From Saccharolobus solfataricus (GTDB lineage: Archaea; Thermoproteota; Thermoprotei_A; Sulfolobales; Sulfolobaceae): a stretch of 32,000 bases of DNA. The translations under genes and the position numbers were made by a program. The DNA lies in assembly GCF_900079115.1 (NCBI RefSeq), contig NZ_LT549890.1, positions 1,590,001 to 1,622,000 on the forward strand, written 5' to 3'. The notes beneath the pieces were generated by a model, which was given only the letters and a program-made list of their open reading frames with translations, was not told the DNA's origin and did no database searches. Positions 1 through 8,664 of this stretch are shown in pieces (position 1 is the stretch's first letter; each line of letters opens with the position of its first letter).

Positions 1-189
1 TGGATATTGGAAGAGTTCGCTAAATTTGAGCTACCCGAAGATGTGAAGAAAGAATACGGTGTGGAACTAACGTTAGATATAAAGAAGAAGATCCTTTTTG
101 AAAACGCTTCTAAACTATGGGGAATTCCACTACCTCCCAGAGATGATGAAGTTGGTAAGAGAGCTAAACCACTCATAGTAAAGGTGTAA
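1..189 (+). CDS. 3' end of an amidohydrolase-2 (TIM-barrel metal-dependent hydrolase)-like gene; the 5' part lies left of the window
   Basis: The frame is open from nt 1, and track ORF 7..189 begins at an internal TTG. The tail KKKILFENASKLWGIPLP resembles the conserved C-terminal helix of COG2159-type amidohydrolases. The stop lies 4 nt before the next gene, which suggests an operon. Confidence 0.45.
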   Translation, partial: WILEEFAKFELPEDVKKEYGVELTLDIKKKILFENASKLWGIPLPPRDDEVGKRAKPLIVKV

Positions 190-193
190 AGTA

Positions 194-610
194 ATGCTTG
201 AGGATGTGATCGACCCAGAAACCAATTACTCCATAGTGAAAATGGGTTTCATAAGAAATATAGAGATTGAAGAAGGCAAGATAAAAGTTACGTTATCTCC
301 TCCCACTTTCTGGTGTCCTCCCCTTTTCCTATATATGATCTTAGAGGATGTTAAACGAAAACTGAGTGAAAGTTATAATGGCGTATTAATTCAAGTGGTA
401 GATCACCATGATGCTGAGAAGTTAACTAGTTGTATAAATAATGGGAAGAGTTTTGAGGAGTGCTATAAGAATGAAGTTGAGGGAAACAGTTATGAGGCGA
501 TAAGGGAAAGATTTAGGGTAAAAAGGGAGAGGGATGATAGGCTAAGTAAGCTAACGCTAAGTATAAATGGCGAGTTTTGTAGACTAATATATGAGGCTAA
601 AAGAAAATGA
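194..610 (+). CDS. DUF59 / MIP18-family protein (SufT/PaaD-like, Fe-S assembly related)
   Basis: The N-terminus DVIDPETNYSIVKMGFIRNIEIEEGKIKVTL fits the DUF59 signature (V-DPE...I..lG.v..i....g.v.v.l). An ATGA start/stop overlap joins it to the downstream adh (607-610). Confidence 0.6.
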   Translation: MLEDVIDPETNYSIVKMGFIRNIEIEEGKIKVTLSPPTFWCPPLFLYMILEDVKRKLSESYNGVLIQVVDHHDAEKLTSCINNGKSFEECYKNEVEGNSYEAIRERFRVKRERDDRLSKLTLSINGEFCRLIYEAKRK

Positions 611-1641
611 AAGCAGTTAGAATTCATGAATATAATAAACCTTTGTCCTTAGATGAGGTTAATAAACCTAGGGTCTCTGGACCATATGATATAGTAGTTA
701 GAATTAGAGGAGCGGGAGTCTGTAGGACTGACTTGCACATTATCGAAGGAGTATGGAAAGACGTACTAAATCCTAAGTTACCATTTACCATAGGTCACGA
801 AAACGTCGGTATAATAGAGGAAAAGGGTAATGCCGTAGACTGGTTAGATGTGGGAGATCAAGTAATATTACATCCCTACATTACTTGTAGACATTGTAGA
901 GCGTGTAGGTCTGGAAACGATATGCATTGTCCATATGGGAAATTCCCTGGATTAGACGGTACTGATGGCGGTTATGCAGAATATTTAAGGACCTCAGCTT
1001 TCTCTGCCATAAAGATCCCCAAGGGGATTGATATAATACCAATGGCACCCTTAGCTGATGCCGGAATAACTGCATACCATGCCGTAAAGAAGATTTCTCA
1101 ATACCTCTATCCTGGAAGCATTGTAGGTGTTATTGGTGTTGGTGGACTAGGCCATATTGGTATTCAAGCCCTTAAGGCAATCACTCCAGCTAGAGTTATT
1201 GCAATAGATATAAGTGAAGAGAAGACTAAGCTAGCTAAGGAATTGGGTGCTGATGAAGTAGTAATAGCGGGAAAGGATAGTGGCGTTAGTGATGTCTTGA
1301 AATTGACCGACAACATAGGTGTTGACGCAATCATAGATTTTGTCGGGGAACACTCCACTCCTCAAAATGCCTTAAGGATGATAAGGAAGGGAGGAATATA
1401 CTCAATTGTTGGCTATGGCGGAGAATTTAAAAATAGCACTTTAGATTTCATAAATAGGGAGATCATGGTGGTTGGTAATCTAGTGGGTACTTATAATGAG
1501 TTAAGCGAGTTAGTAACCTTATACGTTCAAAATAAGGTAAAATTAAAGGTAAAGACGTTCCCCTTAGAGGAGGCTAATAGCGCACTTGAGGAGTTGAAAG
1601 CTGGAAGGATTTTAGGAAGGGCAGTCTTAGTGCCTAGCTAA
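607..1641 (+). CDS. adh: Zinc-dependent alcohol dehydrogenase (medium-chain dehydrogenase/reductase family)
   Basis: GAGVCRTDLH and GHENVGIIEE are catalytic Zn ligand motifs. CRHCRACRSGNDMHC is the structural Zn lobe with four Cys. GVIGVGGLGHIG is the Rossmann GxGxxG motif. Length is 344 aa. Confidence 0.9.
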   Translation: MKAVRIHEYNKPLSLDEVNKPRVSGPYDIVVRIRGAGVCRTDLHIIEGVWKDVLNPKLPFTIGHENVGIIEEKGNAVDWLDVGDQVILHPYITCRHCRACRSGNDMHCPYGKFPGLDGTDGGYAEYLRTSAFSAIKIPKGIDIIPMAPLADAGITAYHAVKKISQYLYPGSIVGVIGVGGLGHIGIQALKAITPARVIAIDISEEKTKLAKELGADEVVIAGKDSGVSDVLKLTDNIGVDAIIDFVGEHSTPQNALRMIRKGGIYSIVGYGGEFKNSTLDFINREIMVVGNLVGTYNELSELVTLYVQNKVKLKVKTFPLEEANSALEELKAGRILGRAVLVPS

Positions 1642-3138
1642 TCTAATTTCCAGCAATTTTCTCTTATCATCTTCGAATAACCATTTCAAATCGTTTTTTA
1701 TATCCCTTGATTCCTTAGCCTCAAATCCATAGGCTAATGCAACTTTCCAAGGCGAAGTTGATGGAAACAGCCAATCTGCCTCCACACCATGCCTTGACAG
1801 TGACGCATATCCCTCGTTATTAATTACAATCACTTTTAATCTAGTACTGTATTTTACGGCACTCCATAATGCTTGAGGAGTATAATTGAAACTTCCATCT
1901 CCAATTATTGCCAAGACTTTAGCCCCATTTATACTATAACCTACCAATGCAGAGAGTGCCCACCCTAATAATCCAGATCTCGTTATGTAGAGAGAGGATG
2001 GTTTTAGTTCAATAATCTTTATTAAAGTATCCCTATAAGTAGGAATTTCTGCAAATATTGTATATTTATCCAAATAACCTTTCATTTCTTTGAAAACTTC
2101 GGTGATAAAATCACCTTGTAACTCTAGATCCCTATTCTCACGTTTAATAATGTTTTTGTTTAGACCTTTATATAACATATTGTAAAGCTTGATGAGGAAA
2201 TCTTTTGGATTACAGACAATAGTATCCCATTTCCTCTTTGACGCCTCTTTAAAGTCACTAGTTACCTCCACTATATTCAACCTTATATCCACGTCTGGGA
2301 ATACAACGTAATTTAACCATCCACCAATGACTAAAACAAGATCATATTTTTCTAATTCCTTCACTACATCAGAAGCCTTATATCTGGATAGGGGGCCTTT
2401 AAACAAAATATTAGAGGAGTCAATTGGAAATATACTCAAATATGGTTCAGTGTAAATTGGAGCGTTAAGTTTCTCAGCTAATCTAACTAACTCCTCATGA
2501 GCGCTAAATATGGAAACTTCATATCCAGCCACTATTGCAATCGAGCTAGCGCTCTTTACTTTATCTAATACAAATTCTATTGCAGACGTATCACATGTGC
2601 CACTTACAAAATATTTGGGTATATCTACTTTCTCTCCTTCACTCACTTCCATATCTGGAATGTCTTGAGGTAAGGATATGAGCACTGGACCATATGGAGG
2701 AGTAATACTCTCCTTATAAGCTCTGATGAACGTTTTTATTGCGTCTTTTTCACTTCTTATCTCATATGCTGATTTAACGACTCCTTGAGAGATCTTTATA
2801 AAATCGCCGTAGAGGACTGGTTCATCTATCAATCTATACAAGTACTGTTGCCCAACCAATACGATAAGGGGAATTCTGCTAATAAGAGCCTCATATATAA
2901 AACCCATAGCGTTGGTTAATCCCGGTGAGGAATGTAAATTAACTATTTGAGGTTTTCTCGTTGCAAAGTAATAACCCTCAGCCATTCCTACCGAAATCCC
3001 GTCATGGAGCGCTAGGTAGTAGTTGAAGTCTTTTGGCATGTGTTTTAGAAAGCTAAGTTCTGTAGTACCAGGGTTTCCAAATACTTGCCTAATTCCTAAT
3101 TCACTCATCAGCTTAAACAACGCATTTCCTACTTTCAT
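1627..3138 (-). CDS. Thiamine-diphosphate-dependent enzyme (acetolactate synthase large subunit / benzoylformate decarboxylase family)
   Basis: GDGSFNYTPQALWSAVKYSTRLKVIVINNEGY is the ThDP-binding GDG-x(24-27)-NN motif. The N-terminal VFGNPGTTELSF matches the pyrimidine-binding domain. The 3' end overlaps adh convergently by 15 nt. Confidence 0.8.
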   Translation of the reverse strand: MKVGNALFKLMSELGIRQVFGNPGTTELSFLKHMPKDFNYYLALHDGISVGMAEGYYFATRKPQIVNLHSSPGLTNAMGFIYEALISRIPLIVLVGQQYLYRLIDEPVLYGDFIKISQGVVKSAYEIRSEKDAIKTFIRAYKESITPPYGPVLISLPQDIPDMEVSEGEKVDIPKYFVSGTCDTSAIEFVLDKVKSASSIAIVAGYEVSIFSAHEELVRLAEKLNAPIYTEPYLSIFPIDSSNILFKGPLSRYKASDVVKELEKYDLVLVIGGWLNYVVFPDVDIRLNIVEVTSDFKEASKRKWDTIVCNPKDFLIKLYNMLYKGLNKNIIKRENRDLELQGDFITEVFKEMKGYLDKYTIFAEIPTYRDTLIKIIELKPSSLYITRSGLLGWALSALVGYSINGAKVLAIIGDGSFNYTPQALWSAVKYSTRLKVIVINNEGYASLSRHGVEADWLFPSTSPWKVALAYGFEAKESRDIKNDLKWLFEDDKRKLLEIRLARH

Positions 3139-3505
3139 GGCTAAATAATACGAGTTAATAATTTTAAAAGTGAATTATATTTCCCTTTTCGGTGAAACGA
3201 CTTGCCACAAGGATTTAAATCTTCTTAGCGTACCGTCTTTCTCCCAAATAGCTGAGAATTTATCCAACGAAATTGTTCTGTAAATATAAAAATGGGAGAG
3301 GAACTAAGGATTGTCTAGTCGGGAGTGTGGGCGATTCATGTTTCCATTGCGAATTGTAATATTCTCTATGAATTAGGATAATTCAATGAAGAAATTATTG
3401 TGTATATTTCTAATAAAGTGAGAAAAATAAGATACACTGTAATATTATTACAATGATGAGAAAACAAGTTAATAGATTATAATTGTTAGCTATGGTTCGG
3501 GCGAT

Positions 3506-4063
3506 CTAGAGCATCCTCCAAGGGGAGTGAAACTTACCGAACCTCCGCCTTTCCAAGAGAGAGTTGAAGGACTCGATCAAGTTATTGGATTTGAATCACT
3601 TCCAGAGTTCCTTGGGAACGGAGAGATAACTTAAGAGCCTCGGACAAGTCTCGTGCTTAATTTCACCACTCTCGGTAGATGAGATGATCTTTAACGCCTC
3701 TCTCTCCTCCTTAGACGCGTTGCGCTTGAGGTGAACCAAGCATCCTTGCCTTCTTACTTGAAGTTCGGCGAGAGAGATCTTGTCCAACGCCTTAGTTCCA
3801 TCAACTACCACCAGGACGAAGCTATACTTCTTCCAAACCCTAACCAAGAACCTCCAATAACTCATGACGTCCTTCTCTACACTTAAGGTTATGTCCAGAA
3901 CGGCCCTCTTGCCTTCCGGAGTCGCACCAATCGCCGAGAGAAGGACCCCCTTTCCTCCCTTGAGCTTCACGTACTTCCCATCAACTATTACATACTTGAA
4001 ATTACCACTCGCTTGGATCTCGGGCATCCACAGCTTGGCGCTCAACTTACCTCCTAGTACAGA
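3506..4063 (-). pseudogene. IS256-family (mutator-type) transposase, C-terminal two thirds, carrying an in-frame stop
   Basis: YVIVDGKYVKLKGG...VLVVVDGTKAL...QGCLVHLKRN matches the IS256 D..D..C-x-H-x-x-RN core. After the TGA at 3596-3598 the same frame continues FKSNNLIESFNSLLERRRFGKFHSPW, which is the IS256 TTN-IES-N motif. The ATG of track ORF 3596..4069 is created by the ISC1217 end. Confidence 0.7.
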
Positions 4064-5210
4064 TAGCATTTATCGGAAAATCCTGGCAGTTCAAGAGGCC
4101 CATAAAAACTTTTTAAAATTAGAACCTTTAATTTTGGTATGACCAAAGAATTGACGAGGGAGGAGTACTATAAGGCATTGGAAAAGGCAGTTAACGAGGT
4201 CATACTATCCATGACTGGAACGAGGAAGGATGTTGCCAAGAGGCTACTCTTGGGGGCGGTGGTGGGAAGAAATGCTACCGAGATAGCTCAAGAGGCCGAG
4301 ATGAACTACGAGACCGTACTGAATAACTTGGACAAGGCAGCTCAGGTTAATCTAATCGAGGTCGTGAAGAAGTTAGTCGGGGATCATCCTGTCCTTCTCA
4401 TAATAGACGACACCCACGACCACAAGCTCTACGCTAGGGCCATGCCGGTCTCCAGAAACGGGGCGCAGATCTTCTACTGCAGGGCGCACAAGAGATTCGA
4501 GTCCGCGATCCAACTCCTTGTGATTGGCGTCAAGGATCTGGTGAACAACCAGATCTACGTGATCCACATAATTGCCTACATACCCCGAAAGGTGGAAGAG
4601 GAGCTCAAGCGTAGGGGTGAGGAGGTGAAGTTCAAGACCAAGATAGATGCCCTCTTGGAGTTTCTCTCCTCCCTCTCAGGTTTGAATGTGAAATCCAAGG
4701 TCTTCGACTCGTGGTACGTGAACTCGAGGACTCTCCAAGGGAATACTGTGGGGGAACTCAAGTCCAGCGCGCGAGTCGTCGAGAGTGGCAGATCCGTACC
4801 CGTTAGCGAGTTCCCCCAAGGGGAGTACCTGGTAGAGTACTTGGGGACTCCCATAAAGTTACTTGTTATAGATGATTATAAGGGTTACGGGAGGAGGTAT
4901 TTCTTCTCCACCGACCTTAACGACACGGCTGAAGATATTATAACAACTTGGGAGAACCGTTGGGACATCGAGGTCTTGATTAGGGAGCTCAAGGCCTTGG
5001 GACTCGAGGGTGGGTCCTTCTTGACCTGGGTTAGGAACTCAGGCTTCGTGGCCTTGAAGGCTCTCTCCCTCCTCGTTGTCCAATACTTCAAGTACTCCAC
5101 GGGTCTGATGCTCGGGGCCAAAAGGTTGGCCAGATTGATAAAAAGCATTTACCGTGAGGCGGGTGGGATCAAAAAACTGTTCAAGAGGAGGAGAAAACCG
5201 TAAAGTGCTA
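4064..5210 (+). mobile_element. ISC1217-type insertion sequence, 1147 bp, nested inside the IS256-family transposase gene
   Basis: The terminal repeats are tagcatttatcgg (4064-4076) and tagcactttacgg (reverse complement of 5198-5210). A perfect 6-bp target duplication TACAGA sits at 4058-4063 and 5211-5216. Removing the element and one TSD fuses ...ALMTIYSV to LGGKLSAK... in frame. Length, 13-bp IR and 6-bp DR match my memory of ISC1217. Confidence 0.85.
4139..5203 (+). CDS. ISC1217 DDE transposase
   Basis: This 354-aa ORF fills the element. Candidate DDE residues lie in LLIIDDTHDHK, VFDSWYV and RWDIEVLIRELKALG (the R-W-x-IE-x-x-f-x-x-lK signature of IS4/IS701-like enzymes). It is visibly more GC-rich than its surroundings. 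Confidence 0.8.
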   Translation: MTKELTREEYYKALEKAVNEVILSMTGTRKDVAKRLLLGAVVGRNATEIAQEAEMNYETVLNNLDKAAQVNLIEVVKKLVGDHPVLLIIDDTHDHKLYARAMPVSRNGAQIFYCRAHKRFESAIQLLVIGVKDLVNNQIYVIHIIAYIPRKVEEELKRRGEEVKFKTKIDALLEFLSSLSGLNVKSKVFDSWYVNSRTLQGNTVGELKSSARVVESGRSVPVSEFPQGEYLVEYLGTPIKLLVIDDYKGYGRRYFFSTDLNDTAEDIITTWENRWDIEVLIRELKALGLEGGSFLTWVRNSGFVALKALSLLVVQYFKYSTGLMLGAKRLARLIKSIYREAGGIKKLFKRRRKP

Positions 5211-5621
5211 TACAGAATAGATGGTCATCAGAGCCTTGAACACCTTCTCCTCCCTTAATAACATTTCCTCCACTTGAGTCTTCACCCTTCCCTTATTGTA
5301 CAGTACGGGTAGTTCCACCGAGATCCACTCTAGCTTGTAAATGACTTCTCTCCCTTTTAACATGATCTTGAATCCCTTGAGGAATCTGTACTTTGTATAA
5401 TCTTTCCTTCTTATACCCCTCACGTGCTTTGGGCTAGTCTTGTCAGTATCTTCTAAGGCTATTTTCTCGATCTCCTTGACCGATTTGTTTAATGAGGCCT
5501 CTTCAGATAGTATATTGGGGACGAGCGTGAGGTTTCCGTTGAGATGTGTAAGCTCTTCTATGACCTCACTTGGCTGAGTGAGGTTGTAGAGGGTTTTCTC
5601 GTCAATTGTTATAGTTTCCAT
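5211..5621 (-). pseudogene. IS256-family transposase, N-terminal fragment (cut off by the ISC1217 insertion)
   Basis: Track ORF 5208..5621 ends ...KALMTIYSV, and its stop is supplied by the ISC1217 end. It joins in frame with the 3506-4063 fragment once the insert is removed. Confidence 0.55.
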
Positions 5622-5808
5622 GATATTACCTCACGCTTGTCTCTTATTAGTATTATCGAAAATGTAGAATCAATTATTCTTATCTGTTTTTAGAGAAACA
5701 AATTGAAATCGCAGTGGATCCGTGAATCACCGTACGTGGTTAAAAGGTTGCTTATTAATCATAAAAGTTAATAATTCATATTCAAGAATTAAAGTAATAC
5801 ACTAAGTA

Positions 5809-6204
5809 CTATAAATTCTCGATAAATATTAAATTATTAAACTTCTTATCCTTTAACTCTTTTTCCATTTTAAATAATGCAGAAATTCCTAACGCTTTAG
5901 CTGTTGCAATGACAGAGGCGTCAATTATAGATAGAGAATTATTACATTTTATTTCAACTATATTCTCAGCAAAATCAAATGCATTCACCACTTCAAAGTA
6001 ATTTGAATCTAACAACTTCTTAACAAGTTCCCTAGCCTTGTCTATCCCATATTTTCTACATATTATGTAGGATAATTCAATTAATGTTAAATTAGTAATT
6101 ATAGGTTCTATTTTTCCACTATCCACTAGTTGAATGAACTTTTCTCCCAATTTAGAGCCTTCTAAAACTTCAACTAATACTCCCGTGTCAGTCACTACTT
6201 TCAT
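5809..6204 (-). CDS. vapC: PIN-domain ribonuclease toxin VapC
   Basis: The protein is 131 aa. Acidic residues are PIN-like: N-terminal MKVVTDTGVL and C-terminal SIIDASVIATAK. It overlaps the upstream small antitoxin gene by 17 nt. Confidence 0.8.
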   Translation of the reverse strand: MKVVTDTGVLVEVLEGSKLGEKFIQLVDSGKIEPIITNLTLIELSYIICRKYGIDKARELVKKLLDSNYFEVVNAFDFAENIVEIKCNNSLSIIDASVIATAKALGISALFKMEKELKDKKFNNLIFIENL

Positions 6205-6430
6205 CTTCTATCCTAGACCTCTCAAATTCTTCCCTAATTCCTTTAGCAGAACCTAAAAGTGATAGTAGTAACTCTGAGTTCTTGTTACTTTTCTTCTCCT
6301 CATAAAGGGTTATTAAATATTTTATTGTGTCGTTTAAACTAACCCTTTTACCTTCACTTAACTCTAATTCAGCAGAAATTTTAACTAACTTCTCTTTTAC
6401 ATCTTCACTTACTCTTATAATTTTACTCAC
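6188..6430 (-). CDS. vapB: VapB-type antitoxin (ribbon-helix-helix/CopG-like)
   Basis: The protein is 80 aa. MSKIIRVSEDVKEKLVKISAEL...LNDTIKYLI fits a strand-helix-helix pattern. It sits upstream of, and overlaps, vapC. Confidence 0.6.
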   Translation of the reverse strand: MSKIIRVSEDVKEKLVKISAELELSEGKRVSLNDTIKYLITLYEEKKSNKNSELLLSLLGSAKGIREEFERSRIEDESSD

Positions 6431-6660
6431 AAATGTAAATAAGTGTGTATGTATATAAAGTTTACTTTGTATACTGCTTTGTGGGTCACTTCTGAAATTT
6501 ATAACTAATTACGCCCATCCCTCATTCCACTGGGGATGACGTCGTTAACATCACTTGCAATCAAGAAGTGAGTATGTGAACTACCCCGCTATAAACGGTA
6601 GATCTAAAATCACTTCTCTAAAAATAATAGCTATTCGTTAATATTATTGTGAATTATGTA

Positions 6661-6679
6661 TAGCATTTTAGGGAAATAT
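6661..6679. repeat. Orphan ISC1217/SM2-type terminal repeat (left-end orientation)
   Basis: tagcattttagggaaatat matches the SM2/ISC1217 end tagcatttataggaaaatc at about 16/19 positions with one gap. Confidence 0.35.
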
Positions 6680-6744
6680 ATAGGGCTAGATAGTTTTCAT
6701 ATACTCAAAATTTTAGGTTAGGGATTTTCTACTACAATTCTGCC

Positions 6745-8058
6745 TTATAACAGACGGGGGTTCAAAGGGGGCGGAAAACTTCTCTTTGAGATGGATCCCT
6801 TTGTAGAAAAGTTAAAATAGGAAAATAACGAAATACACATCAATGCCCACCTTAGGGTTTCGCTTCCGTGCATACACTGACGAACAAACCCTTAGGGCGT
6901 TAAAGGCCCAGTTGAAGTTAGCATGTGAGGTATATAACACCTTAAGGTGGGCAGACATCTATTTCTATCAGAGGGATGGGAAAGGACTAACACAAACTGA
7001 GTTAAGACAGTTGGCTCTAGATCTGAGAAAACAAGATGATAAGTATAAGCAACTCTACTCGCAAGTAGTTCAACAAATAGCTGACCGTTACTACGAAGCT
7101 AAGAAGAGGTTTTTCGAAGGTTTAGCACGTTTCCCGAAAGAAAAGAAACCTCACAAATACTACTCCCTTGTCTATCCCCAGTATGGTTGGAAAATACTTC
7201 AAGTTAGAGAAATAAGAAAAGGAAGCAAGAAGAAACTAATAACGCTTAAACTATCAAATCTTGGTACGTTCAAGGTAATAGTTCACCGAGACTTTCCCCT
7301 TGACAAAGTAAAGAGAGTGATAGTGAAGCTAACAAGATCTGAGAGGATTTACATCACTTTCGTAGTTGATCACGAATTCCCCAAGTTACCTAACACTGGT
7401 AAGGTAGTGGCGATAGATGTTGGTGTAGAAAAGTTGTTAGTAACGTCAGATAGTGAATATTTCCCCAATTTGAGACCTCTTGAAAAGGCGTTATGGAAAG
7501 TGAAGCATCTACACAGAGAACTTTCAAGGAAGAAATTCCTCTCTAATAATTGGTTTAAGGCTAAGGTTAAGCTTGCTAGGGCTTATGAGTATTTGAAGAA
7601 CCTGAGGAGTAATCTTTACATGAAGTTGGGTAAGTGGTTTGCTGAGCATTATGACGTTGTGGTGATGGAGGGTATTCATGTTAAGCAGTTGATAGGTAAG
7701 TCATTAAGGTCTCTGAGGAGGAGATTGAGTGACGTCGCGTTCAGCGAGCTTAGAGATTTGATTAAGTATCAGTTGGAGAAATACGGAAAGAAACTCATCC
7801 TGGTCAACCCAGCATACACTTCCAAAACTTGTGCTAAGTGCGGGTACGTAAAAGAAGATCTGTCTCTATCTGATCGTGTTTTCGTTTGTCCCAACTGTGG
7901 TTGGATTGCAGATCGTGACTATAATGCTTCTCTTAACATCTTACGTGGATCGGGGTCGGAGCGATCCTTAGTGCCTGTGGAGCTCCGCCCTCTACCAGTA
8001 CTCTGGCATGGCAGAGCTGTGAAGCAGGAAGCTCCCTCTTTAGGAGGGGGTAGCTCAC
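6745..8058 (+). mobile_element. ISC1316-type IS200/IS605-family element carrying tnpB only (copy 1)
   Basis: Homology with the inverted copy at 27785-29107 starts at ttataacagacggggg (6745) and ends at gggggtagctcac (8058). The flanks are unrelated. Length is 1314 bp. There is no tnpA and there are no terminal inverted repeats, as expected for this family. Confidence 0.85.
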
Positions 8059-8069
8059 CGTATAGGTGA
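6843..8069 (+). CDS. tnpB: TnpB (OrfB) RuvC-like, RNA-guided-nuclease-type transposon protein
   Basis: RuvC motifs are [12 protein letters not shown] (D), VVVMEGIHV (E) and [11 protein letters not shown] (D). The zinc finger is CAKCG...CPNCG. The ORF has no stop inside the element and terminates 11 nt into flanking DNA. Confidence 0.9.
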   Translation: MPTLGFRFRAYTDEQTLRALKAQLKLACEVYNTLRWADIYFYQRDGKGLTQTELRQLALDLRKQDDKYKQLYSQVVQQIADRYYEAKKRFFEGLARFPKEKKPHKYYSLVYPQYGWKILQVREIRKGSKKKLITLKLSNLGTFKVIVHRDFPLDKVKRVIVKLTRSERIYITFVVDHEFPKLPNTGKVVAIDVGVEKLLVTSDSEYFPNLRPLEKALWKVKHLHRELSRKKFLSNNWFKAKVKLARAYEYLKNLRSNLYMKLGKWFAEHYDVVVMEGIHVKQLIGKSLRSLRRRLSDVAFSELRDLIKYQLEKYGKKLILVNPAYTSKTCAKCGYVKEDLSLSDRVFVCPNCGWIADRDYNASLNILRGSGSERSLVPVELRPLPVLWHGRAVKQEAPSLGGGSSPYR

Positions 8070-8075
8070 TTTTCC
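7900..8075 (+). ncRNA. Predicted TnpB omega-RNA (reRNA): scaffold over the tnpB 3' end/right end plus about 17 nt of flanking guide
   Basis: Established TnpB biology places the omega-RNA at the IS right end. Hairpins here are ccag-tact-ctgg (7995-8006) and ccctc-tttag-gaggg (8034-8048). Both are retained with compensating changes in copy 2. The 5' boundary is a guess. Confidence 0.35.
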
Positions 8076-8086
8076 TATAAATGCTA
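8068..8086. repeat. Orphan ISC1217/SM2-type terminal repeat (right-end orientation)
   Basis: gattttcctataaatgcta is the exact reverse complement (19/19) of the left end of the SM2 MITE at 14143-14161. It lies 10 nt beyond the ISC1316 right end. Confidence 0.5.
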
Positions 8087-8185
8087 CTTGAGTTGTTGGA
8101 TCGGGAGGTATTGTGCAGTTTAAGAGACGGAAGGGGTCGGATTAGGGAGTTCCCAGGGGAGGTGTTTCCTCTTTAGTCCACGATA

Positions 8186-8511
8186 GGGAGTGTTCTCATG
8201 CAGTCATCTTATTCGATATCATGTAGTAAAATTAAATTAGGTTAGAAATTTTCACAATTAGTCTTTTCGATCGGGATGTAGCTAAGGAATTAGAACGTGA
8301 AAACAGCCTCTGAAAAAGCTTATGTGCGAGGGTTATGAAATCTTTTTGTGGTAGTACTAGAATGGATCTCGTAAACCTTGCACATAAGCTTTTCTAAAAT
8401 AATGTCTTTGTTCAAATTTCTATATCTTAAACGTTAAACGAGAGTTTTTCCATACTATTCCAATATTTTTACAAATGTTTTTGAATTTCATGACTGTTTG
8501 AGAACACTCCC
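8186..8511 (+). mobile_element. ISC1173-derived MITE, copy 1 (326 bp)
   Basis: It starts gggagtgttctcatgcagtcatcttattcgatatcat, which is the ISC1173 IR with 1 mismatch in the first 46 nt. It ends ctgtttgagaacactccc. The first 160 nt or so are colinear with the transposase-proximal end of ISC1173 through the first codons. It has no ORF and no obvious 8-bp TSD. Confidence 0.8.
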
Positions 8512-8516
8512 AAACT

Positions 8517-8627
8517 ACTATTATATCCTCATTTCAATTAATCTAAAGATATACGATTTAGGTTTGCATTGCCCCTTAGCTCTTTGTGAAAATTTAACTA
8601 ATCCACAAAGCAATATCTTGCGAAAAA
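8517..8627 (+). repeat. Direct repeat A (about 110 nt) immediately upstream of the SNF2 gene
   Basis: It aligns by eye at roughly 75% identity with 13265-13370. Shared blocks are actattat, tttcaattaatct, tac.atttagg.ttgc, ctctttg.gaaaatt.aac.a.tccacaaagca and gaaaaa. Confidence 0.7.
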
Positions 8628-8644
8628 TATTTAATTAGTAATTT
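8626..8644 (+). promoter_or_regulatory. Putative TATA box/BRE for the SNF2-SWIM operon
   Basis: The A/T box aaatatttaattagtaatt is centred about 28-30 nt upstream of ATG 8665. This fits Sulfolobus leaderless or short-leader promoters. Confidence 0.35.
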
Positions 8645-8664
8645 ACCAGTCTTTCATAAGTATT

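Larger units (their letters stand above)
3329..5732 (-). mobile_element. Degenerate IS256-family insertion sequence (about 1.25 kb without its insert), split by ISC1217
   Basis: Imperfect terminal inverted repeats were found by eye. They are 3329-3356 gggcgattcatgtttccattgcgaattg and the reverse complement of 5705-5732, cggtgattcacggatccactgcgatttc. They enclose both transposase fragments. Boundaries are approximate. Confidence 0.55.

Noticed and set aside
3451-3490. Possible C/D-box sRNA (aatgatga at 3452-3459)
   Set aside because: No D box (ctga) or C'/D' pair lies at an appropriate distance. The site is inside the 3' untranslated part of the IS256-type element.
3864-4142. 92-aa ORF crossing from the IS256-type transposase fragment into the ISC1217 end
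   Set aside because: It is antisense to a recognisable transposase fragment and spans the IS junction, so it cannot be an ancestral gene.
8178-8185. The left flank of MITE 1 (ccacgata) is 6/8 identical to the reverse complement of the left flank of MITE 2 (tatcgttt), which could hint at an inversion between the MITE copies
   Set aside because: The two MITEs are in direct, not inverted, orientation. The right flanks show no reciprocal match. After several flank comparisons, a 6/8 match is within chance.
8538-8555. CRISPR-like motif ctttcaatt, which is also the beginning of the Sulfolobus CRISPR repeats as I recall them, present in both direct repeats (8538-8555 and 13277-13292)
   Set aside because: Only the first 9 nt or so match. 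There is no 24-25-nt repeat unit, no regular spacing of about 60-65 nt, and only one occurrence per locus. This is not an array or a leader that I can support.
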